Assembly (NCBI GenBank): GCA_016871995.1 | Contig: VHBL01000002.1 | Coordinates: forward strand, 1-32,000 | Source: Nitrososphaerota archaeon | GTDB taxonomy: Archaea; Thermoproteota; Nitrososphaeria; Nitrososphaerales; UBA57 | Reading direction: 5' to 3' | DNA length: 32,000 bases | Shown here: positions 8,927 to 17,114 of the stretch, piece after piece | How the letters are laid out: each line of letters opens with the position of its first letter | How positions within the stretch are numbered: position 1 is the first letter of the stretch | Notes under the pieces: generated by a model | Database searches by the model: none | The model's input: the letters and a program-made list of their open reading frames with translations, nothing else | Told to the model about the DNA's origin: nothing | Translations under genes and position numbers: made by a program

Positions 8927-10075
8927 TTGTTTCCACTGCTCATGATACCAGGACCAACTACATTGCATCATAGGGTAAGGAAAGTGATGAACGACCCTCA
9001 GGTAGGCCACTCTAGCAAAGAGTTCTACGAAGCTTTTGTAGAGCTTTTACAGCTGACAAAGAAGGTATACAAGAGCACAAAAGGCCATCCATTCGTGATA
9101 ACTGGCTCTGGGACGATAGCGATGGAAGCTACTGCAGTGAGCTTGATAGAGCCCGATGACCCAGTAGTTGTTCTTGACACTGGCCATTTTGGGCAGAGAT
9201 TCGAATTAATTCTGAATTCTCAGGGTGCAAAAGTTGACACCTTGAGTTTCAAGTTCGGAAATCACGCCGAGCCAAAGATTCTCCAAGATAAGATCTCGAA
9301 GAAAAAATACAAAGCCGTATTCATGACACACGTTGACACATCATCGACAGTTTCAAATCCCATAAAGGAATTGGTGCGAATAGCAAAGGACGCAGGAGCT
9401 CTAGCTATAGTCGACGCTGTATGTAGTCTTGGCGGAATGGAAATTGACTTCGACAGTCTCGGTGCTGATGTTGTACTAAGTGCATCACAAAAGGCCCTCG
9501 GCGCTCCTCCTGGTGTTGCTCTGATGATGCTCTCGCAAGGTGCTATAGAGTGGATGAACAGAAGAAAGGTTCCCATTAGATCATATTACCTGAACTTGCT
9601 CAGGTGGAAGCCAATAATGGAGGACCCCAAGATGTACCTAGCTACACCAGCTGTTCAAGTAATGCTAGCACTCAAAGAGGCTTTGACCATGGTCATTGAG
9701 GAAGGGTTAGAACCAAGATGGGAAAGACACAGGAAACTTGCAGAAGCTGTAAGGACAGGCTTGGCAGCGTTAGATCTTTCGTTTATAGCTGAGGATGGTT
9801 ATAGGGCAAATACAGTGACAGGAATCCATGTTCCAAAGGGCGAAGCTGGTCAGATCCAATCATCTCTGAAATACGAATACAACGTGGAAGTTGCTAGAGG
9901 TTTTGGGGATTTGAAGGAGGACGCTCTCAGAATAGGGCATTTTGCAAATGTTGATAAAATGCATGTGACTGCACTTCTCTCCGGGATGGAGTTGACGCTC
10001 AGAAGTCTGGGCATTGATGTCCCGAAGGGGACTGCAATTGAAGCAGCGTCCAAGTTTCTCTTGCCTGGTGCCTAG
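8927..10075 (+). CDS. class V PLP aminotransferase (serine/alanine-glyoxylate or serine-pyruvate aminotransferase family)
   Basis: The N-terminus LMIPGPTT and the PLP-lysine context SASQKALGAPPG are both present. Length 382 aa. The start is TTG 8927 or ATG 8942. Confidence 0.85.
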   Translation: MFPLLMIPGPTTLHHRVRKVMNDPQVGHSSKEFYEAFVELLQLTKKVYKSTKGHPFVITGSGTIAMEATAVSLIEPDDPVVVLDTGHFGQRFELILNSQGAKVDTLSFKFGNHAEPKILQDKISKKKYKAVFMTHVDTSSTVSNPIKELVRIAKDAGALAIVDAVCSLGGMEIDFDSLGADVVLSASQKALGAPPGVALMMLSQGAIEWMNRRKVPIRSYYLNLLRWKPIMEDPKMYLATPAVQVMLALKEALTMVIEEGLEPRWERHRKLAEAVRTGLAALDLSFIAEDGYRANTVTGIHVPKGEAGQIQSSLKYEYNVEVARGFGDLKEDALRIGHFANVDKMHVTALLSGMELTLRSLGIDVPKGTAIEAASKFLLPGA

Positions 10076-10130
10076 CACTCGACAGACTTAAGAACAAAGT
10101 ATTGTTAGATTATCAAAAGAGAAATTCAAT

Positions 10131-11282
10131 TTGAGGTCTGTATCAATCATCGGAACACATCTAACAAACTTTGGAAAACTTGACAAAAACCTGAAGCAGA
10201 TAGCTGCCGAAGCGTGTGTAGGTGCCATGGATGATGCTGGAATCTCTCCTAGACAGATAGAAGAGTTTGTACTTGGGAATTTTGCCTCTGGAACACTGAC
10301 AAAGCAGGAAACTGTGGCACCCATAGTGGCAAATGCCGTGGGACTTGCAAGCATACCCGCTACCAAAGTTGAAGGGGCGTGTGCCTCGGGTGGGATAGCG
10401 CTAAGGTATGGTTATCAGATGGTTGCCAGCGGTCTTCGAGATTTTGTGCTAGTTGCTGGTGTTGAGAAGATGACCGCAGCACCAACAACAAAGGCAATTG
10501 AGAGCCTTGCAGCTGCAGAAGACATGGAGATCGAAGGAAGGACTGGGCTAACATTTCCAGGTTTTTTTGCATTAGTAATGAACCGTTATTCGCAGAAGTT
10601 CGGGACTACAAGGGAGCAGATAGCCCAAGTTTCAGTCAAAAATAGGAAATACGGGACGCGTAACCCAAAGGCGCAGTTCAGGAAGGAGGTCACAGTTGAG
10701 GAGGTCATCAACTCCCGCCTAATTGCTGACCCTATTAGACTGCTAGACTGTTGTGGAATAAGCGATGGTGCTGGGGCGGCAGTACTTTGTCCTACTGAAA
10801 CAGCGCGCAAGTTTACGGACACGCCAATTCAGATTGCTGGAATAGCACAGGTAAGCGGAAAAGGTGCAGCGTTCGAATACGAAGACCTTACGGGTTTTGA
10901 ATCTACTAAAGTGGCTGCAGAGCAGGCTATGCGTATGGCTAGAGTTTCTCACAGAGAGGTAGATGTGCTTGAATTGCATGACTGCTTTACGATTGCTGAG
11001 ATTGTAGCAAGCGAAGATCTTGGATTTTTCACAAAGGGGGCTGGTTCAGGGGCACTTGAGGAAGGAGAAACCCAGATTGGAGGAAAGATCCCGATAAACC
11101 CTAGCGGAGGGCTGCTATCAAAAGGCCATCCTATCGGTGCGACAGGCATAGGCCAGGTATATGAAATAGTTGAGCAGCTCAGAGGGGAAGCACCTAATCA
11201 GGTTTCTGACGCTAAGGTAGGAATGACACATAATTTCGGGGCAACAGGAACAGTATGCGTAGTGAGCATTCTCAAAAGGTAG
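10131..11282 (+). CDS. archaeal-type thiolase (acetyl-CoA C-acetyltransferase, SCP-x-like)
   Basis: The nucleophile Cys lies in EGACASGG. The C-terminal half carries NPSGGLLSKGHPIGATG and HNFGATG. The gene is followed by DUF35. Confidence 0.9.
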   Translation: MRSVSIIGTHLTNFGKLDKNLKQIAAEACVGAMDDAGISPRQIEEFVLGNFASGTLTKQETVAPIVANAVGLASIPATKVEGACASGGIALRYGYQMVASGLRDFVLVAGVEKMTAAPTTKAIESLAAAEDMEIEGRTGLTFPGFFALVMNRYSQKFGTTREQIAQVSVKNRKYGTRNPKAQFRKEVTVEEVINSRLIADPIRLLDCCGISDGAGAAVLCPTETARKFTDTPIQIAGIAQVSGKGAAFEYEDLTGFESTKVAAEQAMRMARVSHREVDVLELHDCFTIAEIVASEDLGFFTKGAGSGALEEGETQIGGKIPINPSGGLLSKGHPIGATGIGQVYEIVEQLRGEAPNQVSDAKVGMTHNFGATGTVCVVSILKR

Positions 11283-11590
11283 CAGTGTACAGGTGTAAGG
11301 ACTGTTCTTCAACAACCGTGTCTTACAGGGCAATATGCCAGAACTGCTCTTCGAAGAACATTGAAAGCGTTAAACTGGATGGCAGAGGGAGGATATTCGC
11401 ATATACGATAATCAGGGTAGCTCCTGAGCAGTTCAAGACGCAAGAGCCATATGCTGTTGGGATTGTGAAACTGGATTCTGGTCAACTGGTTAGCGGGAGG
11501 CTAATAGCGCAAAATTTGGAGATACTAGAAAACGGGATGAAAGTAGTGCTCGAAAATGTAGATGATGCAGGCTTCTGGTTCAGAGTTTAG
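11255..11590 (+). CDS. DUF35 Zn-ribbon/OB-fold protein (thiolase-associated scaffold)
   Basis: The Zn ribbon is CKDC-x10-CQNC, followed by an OB-like segment (GRIFAYTIIRVAP...PYAVGIVKLDSGQLVSGRL). It overlaps the thiolase 3' end by 28 nt. An alternative GTG start at 11285 would remove the overlap. Confidence 0.85.
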   Translation: MRSEHSQKVAVYRCKDCSSTTVSYRAICQNCSSKNIESVKLDGRGRIFAYTIIRVAPEQFKTQEPYAVGIVKLDSGQLVSGRLIAQNLEILENGMKVVLENVDDAGFWFRV

Positions 11591-13707
11591 CTCAGGGTTA
11601 CTGGATGGAACCTGATTCTTCTTGCAGAGTTGCTTAGAGAGCCCACAATAGCGATCTTATAGCCGCAGTTTAGACACTTGTTATTCCTGTCCATCTTCCA
11701 GTCTAGTATGTCGTAGCCGTAGCGTTGCACAACTATCTGCTTGCATCCAGGGCAGTAGGTATGCTCGAGAGAATGGCCTGGGACGTTTCCTATGTAGACA
11801 TAGTTCAAACCAACCTCTTTTCCTATTTCATGGTGCCTGACAAGTGTCTCTATAGGCGTCATAGGAAAGTCCATCATCTTGTAGTCAGGGTGGAAGCGCA
11901 AGAAGTGTATCGGAGTATCGGGGCCAAGGTTGTCATATACCCACTTTGAAAGATGCCTTGCAGAGTCTAGAGAATCGCCCACTCTGGGCACTATCAAGTC
12001 AGTAATTTCAAGATGAATCTTAGTTTTCCCTTTTAGTTCGAGGAGGTTCTGAAAGATAGGATCAGCACTGGGTATGCCTATGAACTTCCTGACAAATTCC
12101 CTCTCCCCGCTGCCTTTGAAGTCCACAGTAATACAGTCTAAAAAGTTGGGCATCATTGCAATTGATGGAGGCGTCATGAAACCGTTTGAAACGAAGATGT
12201 TGATCAAGCCTTCCTTCCTTGCGACTAGCCCTATGTCATGGGCATATTCAATGAATATGGTGGGTTCGTTGTAGGTGTATGCTATGCCATCGGCTTGATA
12301 CTTCTTGGCCATTTTGACAATATGCTGTGGTGAAGCATCAGTACCTTCTACCTTTCTTCTCTGGCTTATGTCGAAATTCTGGCAATAATGGCAATTATGA
12401 ACCAGAATGCCATCCGCGACATAGTTATGGTTGGGGATACATTCTAAGCTGTACACTTCCTCGAATCTTTTGGCTTGCTCTATGGATTCGATAGTTAACC
12501 ACTGTCTCTTATTCGTTCTGACTACAGGAGCTGACCTTTCAAGCAGAAGAGTTTTTACCTCTTCTGGATGGTTGAAAAGTTGCCTTCCAGATATTCGGAT
12601 TACCCGCCAGCCATTAAGCTCGAGTGTTTGGTCTCTGATTTTGTCGTTTTTTGCAACCTGTAAGGAGTTATAATGCCACCAGCCATCTACTTCGATGTCT
12701 ATTTTCGCCTCAATCAACGCGGCATCGGCTATATAGTAAGACTTTGAACCCTCGATTCCCTTTTCCACTTTGATCTTGTATTCGGGCTGGTATGGTAGAC
12801 TTAATTCTTCGAGTAATCTATAGAGACGCTCCTGCCCTTCCGAGGGGTACCTGTAAAGCCATGTTCTAAGCCTCTCAACATTGCAGTGCCAACCATACGA
12901 TGGATCTGAGAGAAACCTTTCTTGACTAGTCTTTATCAGCTTTTTTACACATTCAGTTTCCTTCATAGGGTTATTGTTTAACATCCTGTTTCTGACATTT
13001 GCTGAATGCTCCTCAGTCCACTCCAACCCTCTGACGTAGCACTCTCCTCTATGCGCATTCCAGGCAGCTAGTCCTGTAACTCTGGCGCTACATACTGCAC
13101 ACCTAAAGACTGCGTTCTTAATGGATTCACTTCTCTTTGAATGCCAAGTTGGCGTATTTTGATACCAGACTTTTAAGACGTTGTCACCATCATTCAGCTC
13201 TCCTACCTCTTTCCAACCTCGCTGTGTTAGTACGGGGTGCTCCTTGGTTGCATAGAAAGTGCCGTGGCCCCTACTTCCATAAGATACTTCATAGATTTCT
13301 GCCCACCTTCTTCCAACGTGAGTAACTACTGAAGGAACGATTTTGAAACCTTTGTTAACCTCGTAAGACCACAGCGTGTCACCTGGCAGTATGCTTTCGA
13401 CTGTCTTTTGGCTCCCATCGGCCATCATAATATTCGTACCCTTTGGATGACAAAGCCAGTTACAACCCGTGGTAGCTATGGAGAATATTTTGGAGCCAGG
13501 CATAAAATGGGTTACTGGCTTCTTTTCTATCGGGTCTACGTGTCCAGCTATGACCTTGCCATAAACCAGAAGTTGGAGTTTACCATCAATGTTCTGCCTG
13601 ATTCCGCAGAGCCCGATCTTTCCTTCTGGTATGTTACAGTATCTGGAACAAGCAGTACAGAGAACTCTCTTTTCTGGCAGCTGCTCGTATAGGACGGCTT
13701 CCTTCAA
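11587..13707 (-). CDS. AmmeMemoRadiSam-type radical SAM enzyme (AmrS / PFL-activase-like) interrupted by an intein
   Basis: The exteins read MKEAVLYEQLPEKRVLCTACSRYCNIPEGKIGLCGIRQN...SIATTGCNWL // CHYCQNFDISQ...YTYNEPTIF...C-terminal CPGC...CLNC ribbon. Removing aa 86-438 restores GCNWLCHYCQN, the CxxxCxxC motif. The start codon is TTG. Its stop overlaps the convergent DUF35 stop. Confidence 0.9.
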   Translation of the reverse strand: MKEAVLYEQLPEKRVLCTACSRYCNIPEGKIGLCGIRQNIDGKLQLLVYGKVIAGHVDPIEKKPVTHFMPGSKIFSIATTGCNWLCHPKGTNIMMADGSQKTVESILPGDTLWSYEVNKGFKIVPSVVTHVGRRWAEIYEVSYGSRGHGTFYATKEHPVLTQRGWKEVGELNDGDNVLKVWYQNTPTWHSKRSESIKNAVFRCAVCSARVTGLAAWNAHRGECYVRGLEWTEEHSANVRNRMLNNNPMKETECVKKLIKTSQERFLSDPSYGWHCNVERLRTWLYRYPSEGQERLYRLLEELSLPYQPEYKIKVEKGIEGSKSYYIADAALIEAKIDIEVDGWWHYNSLQVAKNDKIRDQTLELNGWRVIRISGRQLFNHPEEVKTLLLERSAPVVRTNKRQWLTIESIEQAKRFEEVYSLECIPNHNYVADGILVHNCHYCQNFDISQRRKVEGTDASPQHIVKMAKKYQADGIAYTYNEPTIFIEYAHDIGLVARKEGLINIFVSNGFMTPPSIAMMPNFLDCITVDFKGSGEREFVRKFIGIPSADPIFQNLLELKGKTKIHLEITDLIVPRVGDSLDSARHLSKWVYDNLGPDTPIHFLRFHPDYKMMDFPMTPIETLVRHHEIGKEVGLNYVYIGNVPGHSLEHTYCPGCKQIVVQRYGYDILDWKMDRNNKCLNCGYKIAIVGSLSNSARRIRFHPVTLS
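12394..13452 (-). mobile_element. intein (353 aa) with an embedded endonuclease module
   Basis: The first residue is Cys (CHPKGTNIMMADGS, block A). Block B TxxH is ATKEHPVLT. Blocks F/G are VYSLECIPNHNYVADGILVHN, followed by the +1 Cys. The central ~210 aa lacks LAGLIDADG motifs. It carries a C2HC finger and a DUF559/Vsr-like stretch: YYIADAALIEAKIDIEVDGWWH...GWRVIRISGRQL. Confidence 0.85.
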
Positions 13708-13990
13708 TTAAGATAATAATGGTTTAGGTCTGCTATAAAGAGTGGGGTACCCTCAGGTTAGCTTCTATTGACGGGGGCCACAAAGCCAGAATGAATCCTC
13801 CTGACTAAAGTAAGAGTTACCAAACGTATCCTAGGTGCAAGAAGCCCTTGTTTAAAATAAATCCAAAGCTCTACGGTTCGGACATTTTAACTCCAATAGT
13901 TTCTATGACTCAAGATAAAGGACCTGATCAACGCGTGAAGAATAAAAATGGCAACCTCTAAATCTAATCGCTATAACGGCTCAGGGGCGT

Positions 13991-14016
13991 GCCACCGTAG
14001 CTCAGCTCGGTAAAGC
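13991..14016 (+). pseudogene. tRNA 5' fragment (acceptor 5' strand + D-arm) without a matching 3' half
   Basis: GCCACCGTAGCTCAGCTCGGTAAAGC matches the 5' end of the tRNA-Asn at 21133 in 23/26 positions. No CGGTGGC acceptor partner or T-arm is present downstream. The following sequence ends in a T6 run at 14102-14107. Confidence 0.5.
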
Positions 14017-14025
14017 CCGGACTCT

Positions 14026-14103
14026 ACCGTATAATGTCCAAAAATTCCAAATGGATACGGAAAATTCCTCTCCACCTATGGAGGCAGGTTGCGAAGCCTC
14101 CTT
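14026..14103 (+). repeat. left copy of inverted repeat (partner 21046-21121)
   Basis: The core 14067-14103 (CCTCTCCACCTATGGAGGCAGGTTGCGAAGCCTCCTT) is the reverse complement of 21046-21082 at 34/37 positions. The outer 8-mer ACCGTATA (14026-14033) is the reverse complement of 21114-21121. The 31-33 nt between core and 8-mer are divergent. The core can form a GGAGGC/GCCTCC hairpin. Confidence 0.6.
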
Positions 14104-14298
14104 TTTTGTTTCGGAAAAGAAGGCAGCTTCCGATGCCATGAGTTAAGTCTATATGTCATGCAGAATGAAACCTAAAGTCACTATTCGGGTAATTAGGGCA
14201 GCTTGTTTGAATGACCTTTGATTCAACAAGACTAAAAGGCTCTATCTTCTGATTGATGCTATCGTCTTCCCGTTTGACTTGTCCATGATATTAATTTG

Positions 14299-14508
14299 CT
14301 AAGGATGCACGCTGAAAACTACATGCCCCAAGACATCTATCAGCTCACGGCCTTTTTCGTTGTCCAATTTTTCAGAGGTGCCTGAAGCCACCATATCGTG
14401 GAATGAGTGTTTGCTCTTTGGCACACCATTGGTTCTAATGTGTCCAACAACTGGCTGGCTGTTGTAGAATTTGGCCCTGATGTCCTGAGCTTCTTTCTGA
14501 TTTTTCAT
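14299..14508 (-). CDS. hypothetical 69-aa protein
   Basis: A TATA-like tttttata (complement of 14535-14542) lies ~30 nt upstream of the ATG. This is consistent with a leaderless or short-leader transcript. No motif recognised. Confidence 0.45.
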   Translation of the reverse strand: MKNQKEAQDIRAKFYNSQPVVGHIRTNGVPKSKHSFHDMVASGTSEKLDNEKGRELIDVLGHVVFSVHP

Positions 14509-14674
14509 ATCTGGCGTTTATAGGAGGACCGCACTATAAAAAGAGGTACAAGACGGATTTTTTGGATCTCCCAATTCGCCGCTTCCCGTAAGTTACAAGA
14601 GGAGGTAATCGTACTTAGTTCCTGCAAAATACATATCCAGCTCCTCGGCTAGATTGACAAGGATAACTCTGGAT

Positions 14675-14791
14675 CTAGCGATTACTTCTGCTCTTTTTAC
14701 CTTCCGCATAGCATTCTTTCCGATGCTTTCTGAAGACTAGGGTTCCGTAGAAGGTCTTGCCACACCTTTTGCAAACATTTTTATCTGGCAT
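14675..14791 (-). CDS. 38-aa C2HC zinc-finger mini-protein (below the ORF-track cutoff)
   Basis: Translates as MPDKNVCKRCGKTFYGTLVFRKHRKECYAEGKKSRSNR. The spacing C-x2-C-x12-H-x3-C is the classical zinc-finger spacing, with aromatic and Leu core positions. Confidence 0.3.
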   Translation of the reverse strand: MPDKNVCKRCGKTFYGTLVFRKHRKECYAEGKKSRSNR

Positions 14792-15084
14792 AATTACACG
14801 AACTTTGAAGGCAAGACATAGTTAGTACCTGGTCTTTAGCTGCTTTATTAACAAGATGCCACCTATAACATCAGATAAAAATGCTCAAAAGACAAAGCAA
14901 AGGAATGAAAAAATCATTATCCAAGAAACGCTCCAAAACTAGAGATAGTAGAGCAAAACGGCAACACGAGGTAGGACTACATAAGCCAGTATAGTGGTAT
15001 TTCCCTAACTAAATTATGTCTAATGATCAAATGTCTGAATTAGAGCTAAGTTTCAACATGGCCAGTAAAGAAGGCTAGCTAGAA

Positions 15085-15237
15085 ATGGGGCGAGTTTCTC
15101 GATGCAAGTTCTGCGAACAAGAGATTGTTTGGATGGCTAGCTCAGGATCGGCCCAGCGTCCGTTCAATCTTAGCGGGAGTCCTCATCATTGTGTATCGCG
15201 GCTAGCTATGTTGGTCGCTGATACAGGATCCAAGTGA
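15085..15237 (+). CDS. 50-aa zinc-ribbon-like mini-protein (below the ORF-track cutoff)
   Basis: Translates as MGRVSRCKFCEQEIVWMASSGSAQRPFNLSGSPHHCVSRLAMLVADTGSK, with CxxC ... HHC ligand candidates. It ends 9 nt before the hflX start. Confidence 0.3.
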   Translation: MGRVSRCKFCEQEIVWMASSGSAQRPFNLSGSPHHCVSRLAMLVADTGSK

Positions 15238-15246
15238 AGTAGAGCA

Positions 15247-16332
15247 ATGGCCCTGGACAAAAAAGCTGTTCTGGTCACATACCCCGATGCGTTTACCAAG
15301 CAGGAGGCTATTGGTCTCGCTGAAGCTGCTGGCTTCGAAGTTGTACAGACAGTCGCCCAAAGATACTTGAAGCACGGGGAGTATGGGGTTGGCTCTGGTA
15401 AGGCACTCGAGATAAAACAGATCGCAGACGAATCAGGTTCTACTGACATTATCGTTGATGAAGCATTGACTTCATCACAATTAAACAACCTCGCAAAGAT
15501 AACTGGTAAGCATATCTTAGACAGAGAAAGGCTCATTCTTGATATCTTCGCAAGTAGGGCCAATACTACAGAGGCAAAGCTCCAAGTTCAACTAGCGGAA
15601 TTGGGGTACGAGATGCCTAGGACGAGGCAAAGTGTCCGTCTTTCCGTCAAAGGAGAGCGACAAGGTCTTTCAGGAATGGGTGAATACGCTGTAGATGTTC
15701 GATTCCGAGCATTGAAGAAGCGGATGTCTTTCATAAAGGAAAGGCTTCGCGAGGCCGAGAAAAGGCGCGAGCTATATCGGTCACAAAGGCAGAAGCTGCA
15801 CATGCCTCTAGTTTCGCTTGTCGGTTACACAAGCTCAGGAAAGACTACACTGTTCAATCGGCTGGCAGAGGAAGACAAAGAAGTTGCGGCCAGCCTGTTT
15901 ACTACTCTCACGACGACTACTAGGAGTGTAATGTTGCCTGACTCTACCAAGATACTTCTTTCAGACACTGTAGGATTCATCAGCAGGTTGCCTACATACA
16001 TGATCGAGGCATTCAAGTCGACGCTGGACGAGCTAAATTACGCAGATCTGGTTCTTCTAATGGTAGATGCCAGCGAACCAGTTGATGATATGAAGATAAA
16101 ATATGATAGTTGTTTAAGCATTCTAAGAGAACTGAAGGTATCAGCGAAGGTCTTGACGCTTCTGAACAAATCTGATGCAACCTCAAAAGAGAACATGATG
16201 GCAGTCAAGGGAGTTGTTGGGAATTCACTATATGCGGTTATTTCTGCAAAGCGTGGTGACGGCACACATATTCTCAAGAATCTGATTCGGCAGAATCTAA
16301 AACTGCAACCCCAAGTAAAGCTAGTTATATGA
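15247..16332 (+). CDS. hflX: GTPase HflX
   Basis: The N-terminal HflX domain is followed by G1 GYTSSGKTT, G3 DTVGF and G4 NKSD. The context LFTTLTTTTRSV...LLSDTVGFISRLPTYMIEAFKSTLDEL is typical of HflX. Confidence 0.9.
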   Translation: MALDKKAVLVTYPDAFTKQEAIGLAEAAGFEVVQTVAQRYLKHGEYGVGSGKALEIKQIADESGSTDIIVDEALTSSQLNNLAKITGKHILDRERLILDIFASRANTTEAKLQVQLAELGYEMPRTRQSVRLSVKGERQGLSGMGEYAVDVRFRALKKRMSFIKERLREAEKRRELYRSQRQKLHMPLVSLVGYTSSGKTTLFNRLAEEDKEVAASLFTTLTTTTRSVMLPDSTKILLSDTVGFISRLPTYMIEAFKSTLDELNYADLVLLMVDASEPVDDMKIKYDSCLSILRELKVSAKVLTLLNKSDATSKENMMAVKGVVGNSLYAVISAKRGDGTHILKNLIRQNLKLQPQVKLVI

Positions 16333-16442
16333 TGGGGTAGTCTTATTAGCTGATGTAACGCATTAGGTGCGGGAGAATTTTGGCAAAAGCTAAAAAGAAA
16401 GCAAAGAAAGCTGCAAAGAAGTAGGTTATAACAAAGCTTGAA

Positions 16443-16470
16443 GGAAGTCTAGGTAGCACTTCCTTTTTTT
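16443..16470 (+). terminator. hairpin plus T7 run downstream of hflX
   Basis: GGAAGT (16443-16448) pairs with ACTTCC (16458-16463). TTTTTTT (16464-16470) follows immediately. Confidence 0.5.
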
Positions 16471-16538
16471 CATTCTCCAAAAATTGACCCCAGTTCAGTA
16501 TTATGCATGTTATATAGTACGGCTACGCATAGAGCATC

Positions 16539-16895
16539 ATGTTAGTACAAGATTACAGAACTACTAAGACATGGGAAGACGAATTGAGGTATAGCAGACC
16601 AAATATGACAATACAGAACTATATGTGGGCCCTCCAAGTCTTTTGTGATTGGAGCAAGACGACTCCTGATGAGCTGATCATACAGAGATTGGGGGATATC
16701 TCCAACAAATCTGATTATATTAAGACTCTAGCGTTTAAGAGAATCCTTGATTTTCAGAATTCGAAGCGATCGAGGACAAAGCACACAAGGGATATGATAG
16801 TCAAAGCACTTGAATCTTTCTATCATGATAACTCCGCTGGAATTGACAACATAGACCTTGACGATACTAGATTGCGGCTCAAAACATTCCTTTAG
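16539..16895 (+). pseudogene. 118-aa ORF resembling only the N-terminal SAM-like/core-binding domain of a tyrosine recombinase (integrase relic)
   Basis: The pattern TIQNYMWALQVFCDWSKTTPDELI ... IVKALESFYHDN parallels the layout of the integrase fragment at 21314. No catalytic domain follows. A TATA-like ttatatag lies ~25 nt upstream of the ATG. Confidence 0.4.
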
Positions 16896-17114
16896 TTAAA
16901 TCCATTCACTGCTTTTGACCTATCGAAAATACGGGCTTTTACGCCTATTTGGTCTGCTACCCGAAGTCATTGGTTCGTGGAGCGAACCGAAGAGTGAGAT
17001 TCTTGACTGTAGGTAACAGAGCGAGGGACAGAGATGCACGACCAATCATTGGTCTACTACAGATAAAAGTTGAGGAACATTCAACAGGCACCTTGCCTCT
17101 ACTCCAAAGAATCC

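Noticed and set aside
14017-14040. A possible CUA (amber suppressor-like) anticodon in the tRNA-like fragment (..GGACTCTACC..)
   Set aside because: No registration gives U33 plus a purine at position 37 with a 5-bp stem. There is no T-arm or acceptor 3' strand. It is treated as a truncated tRNA remnant.
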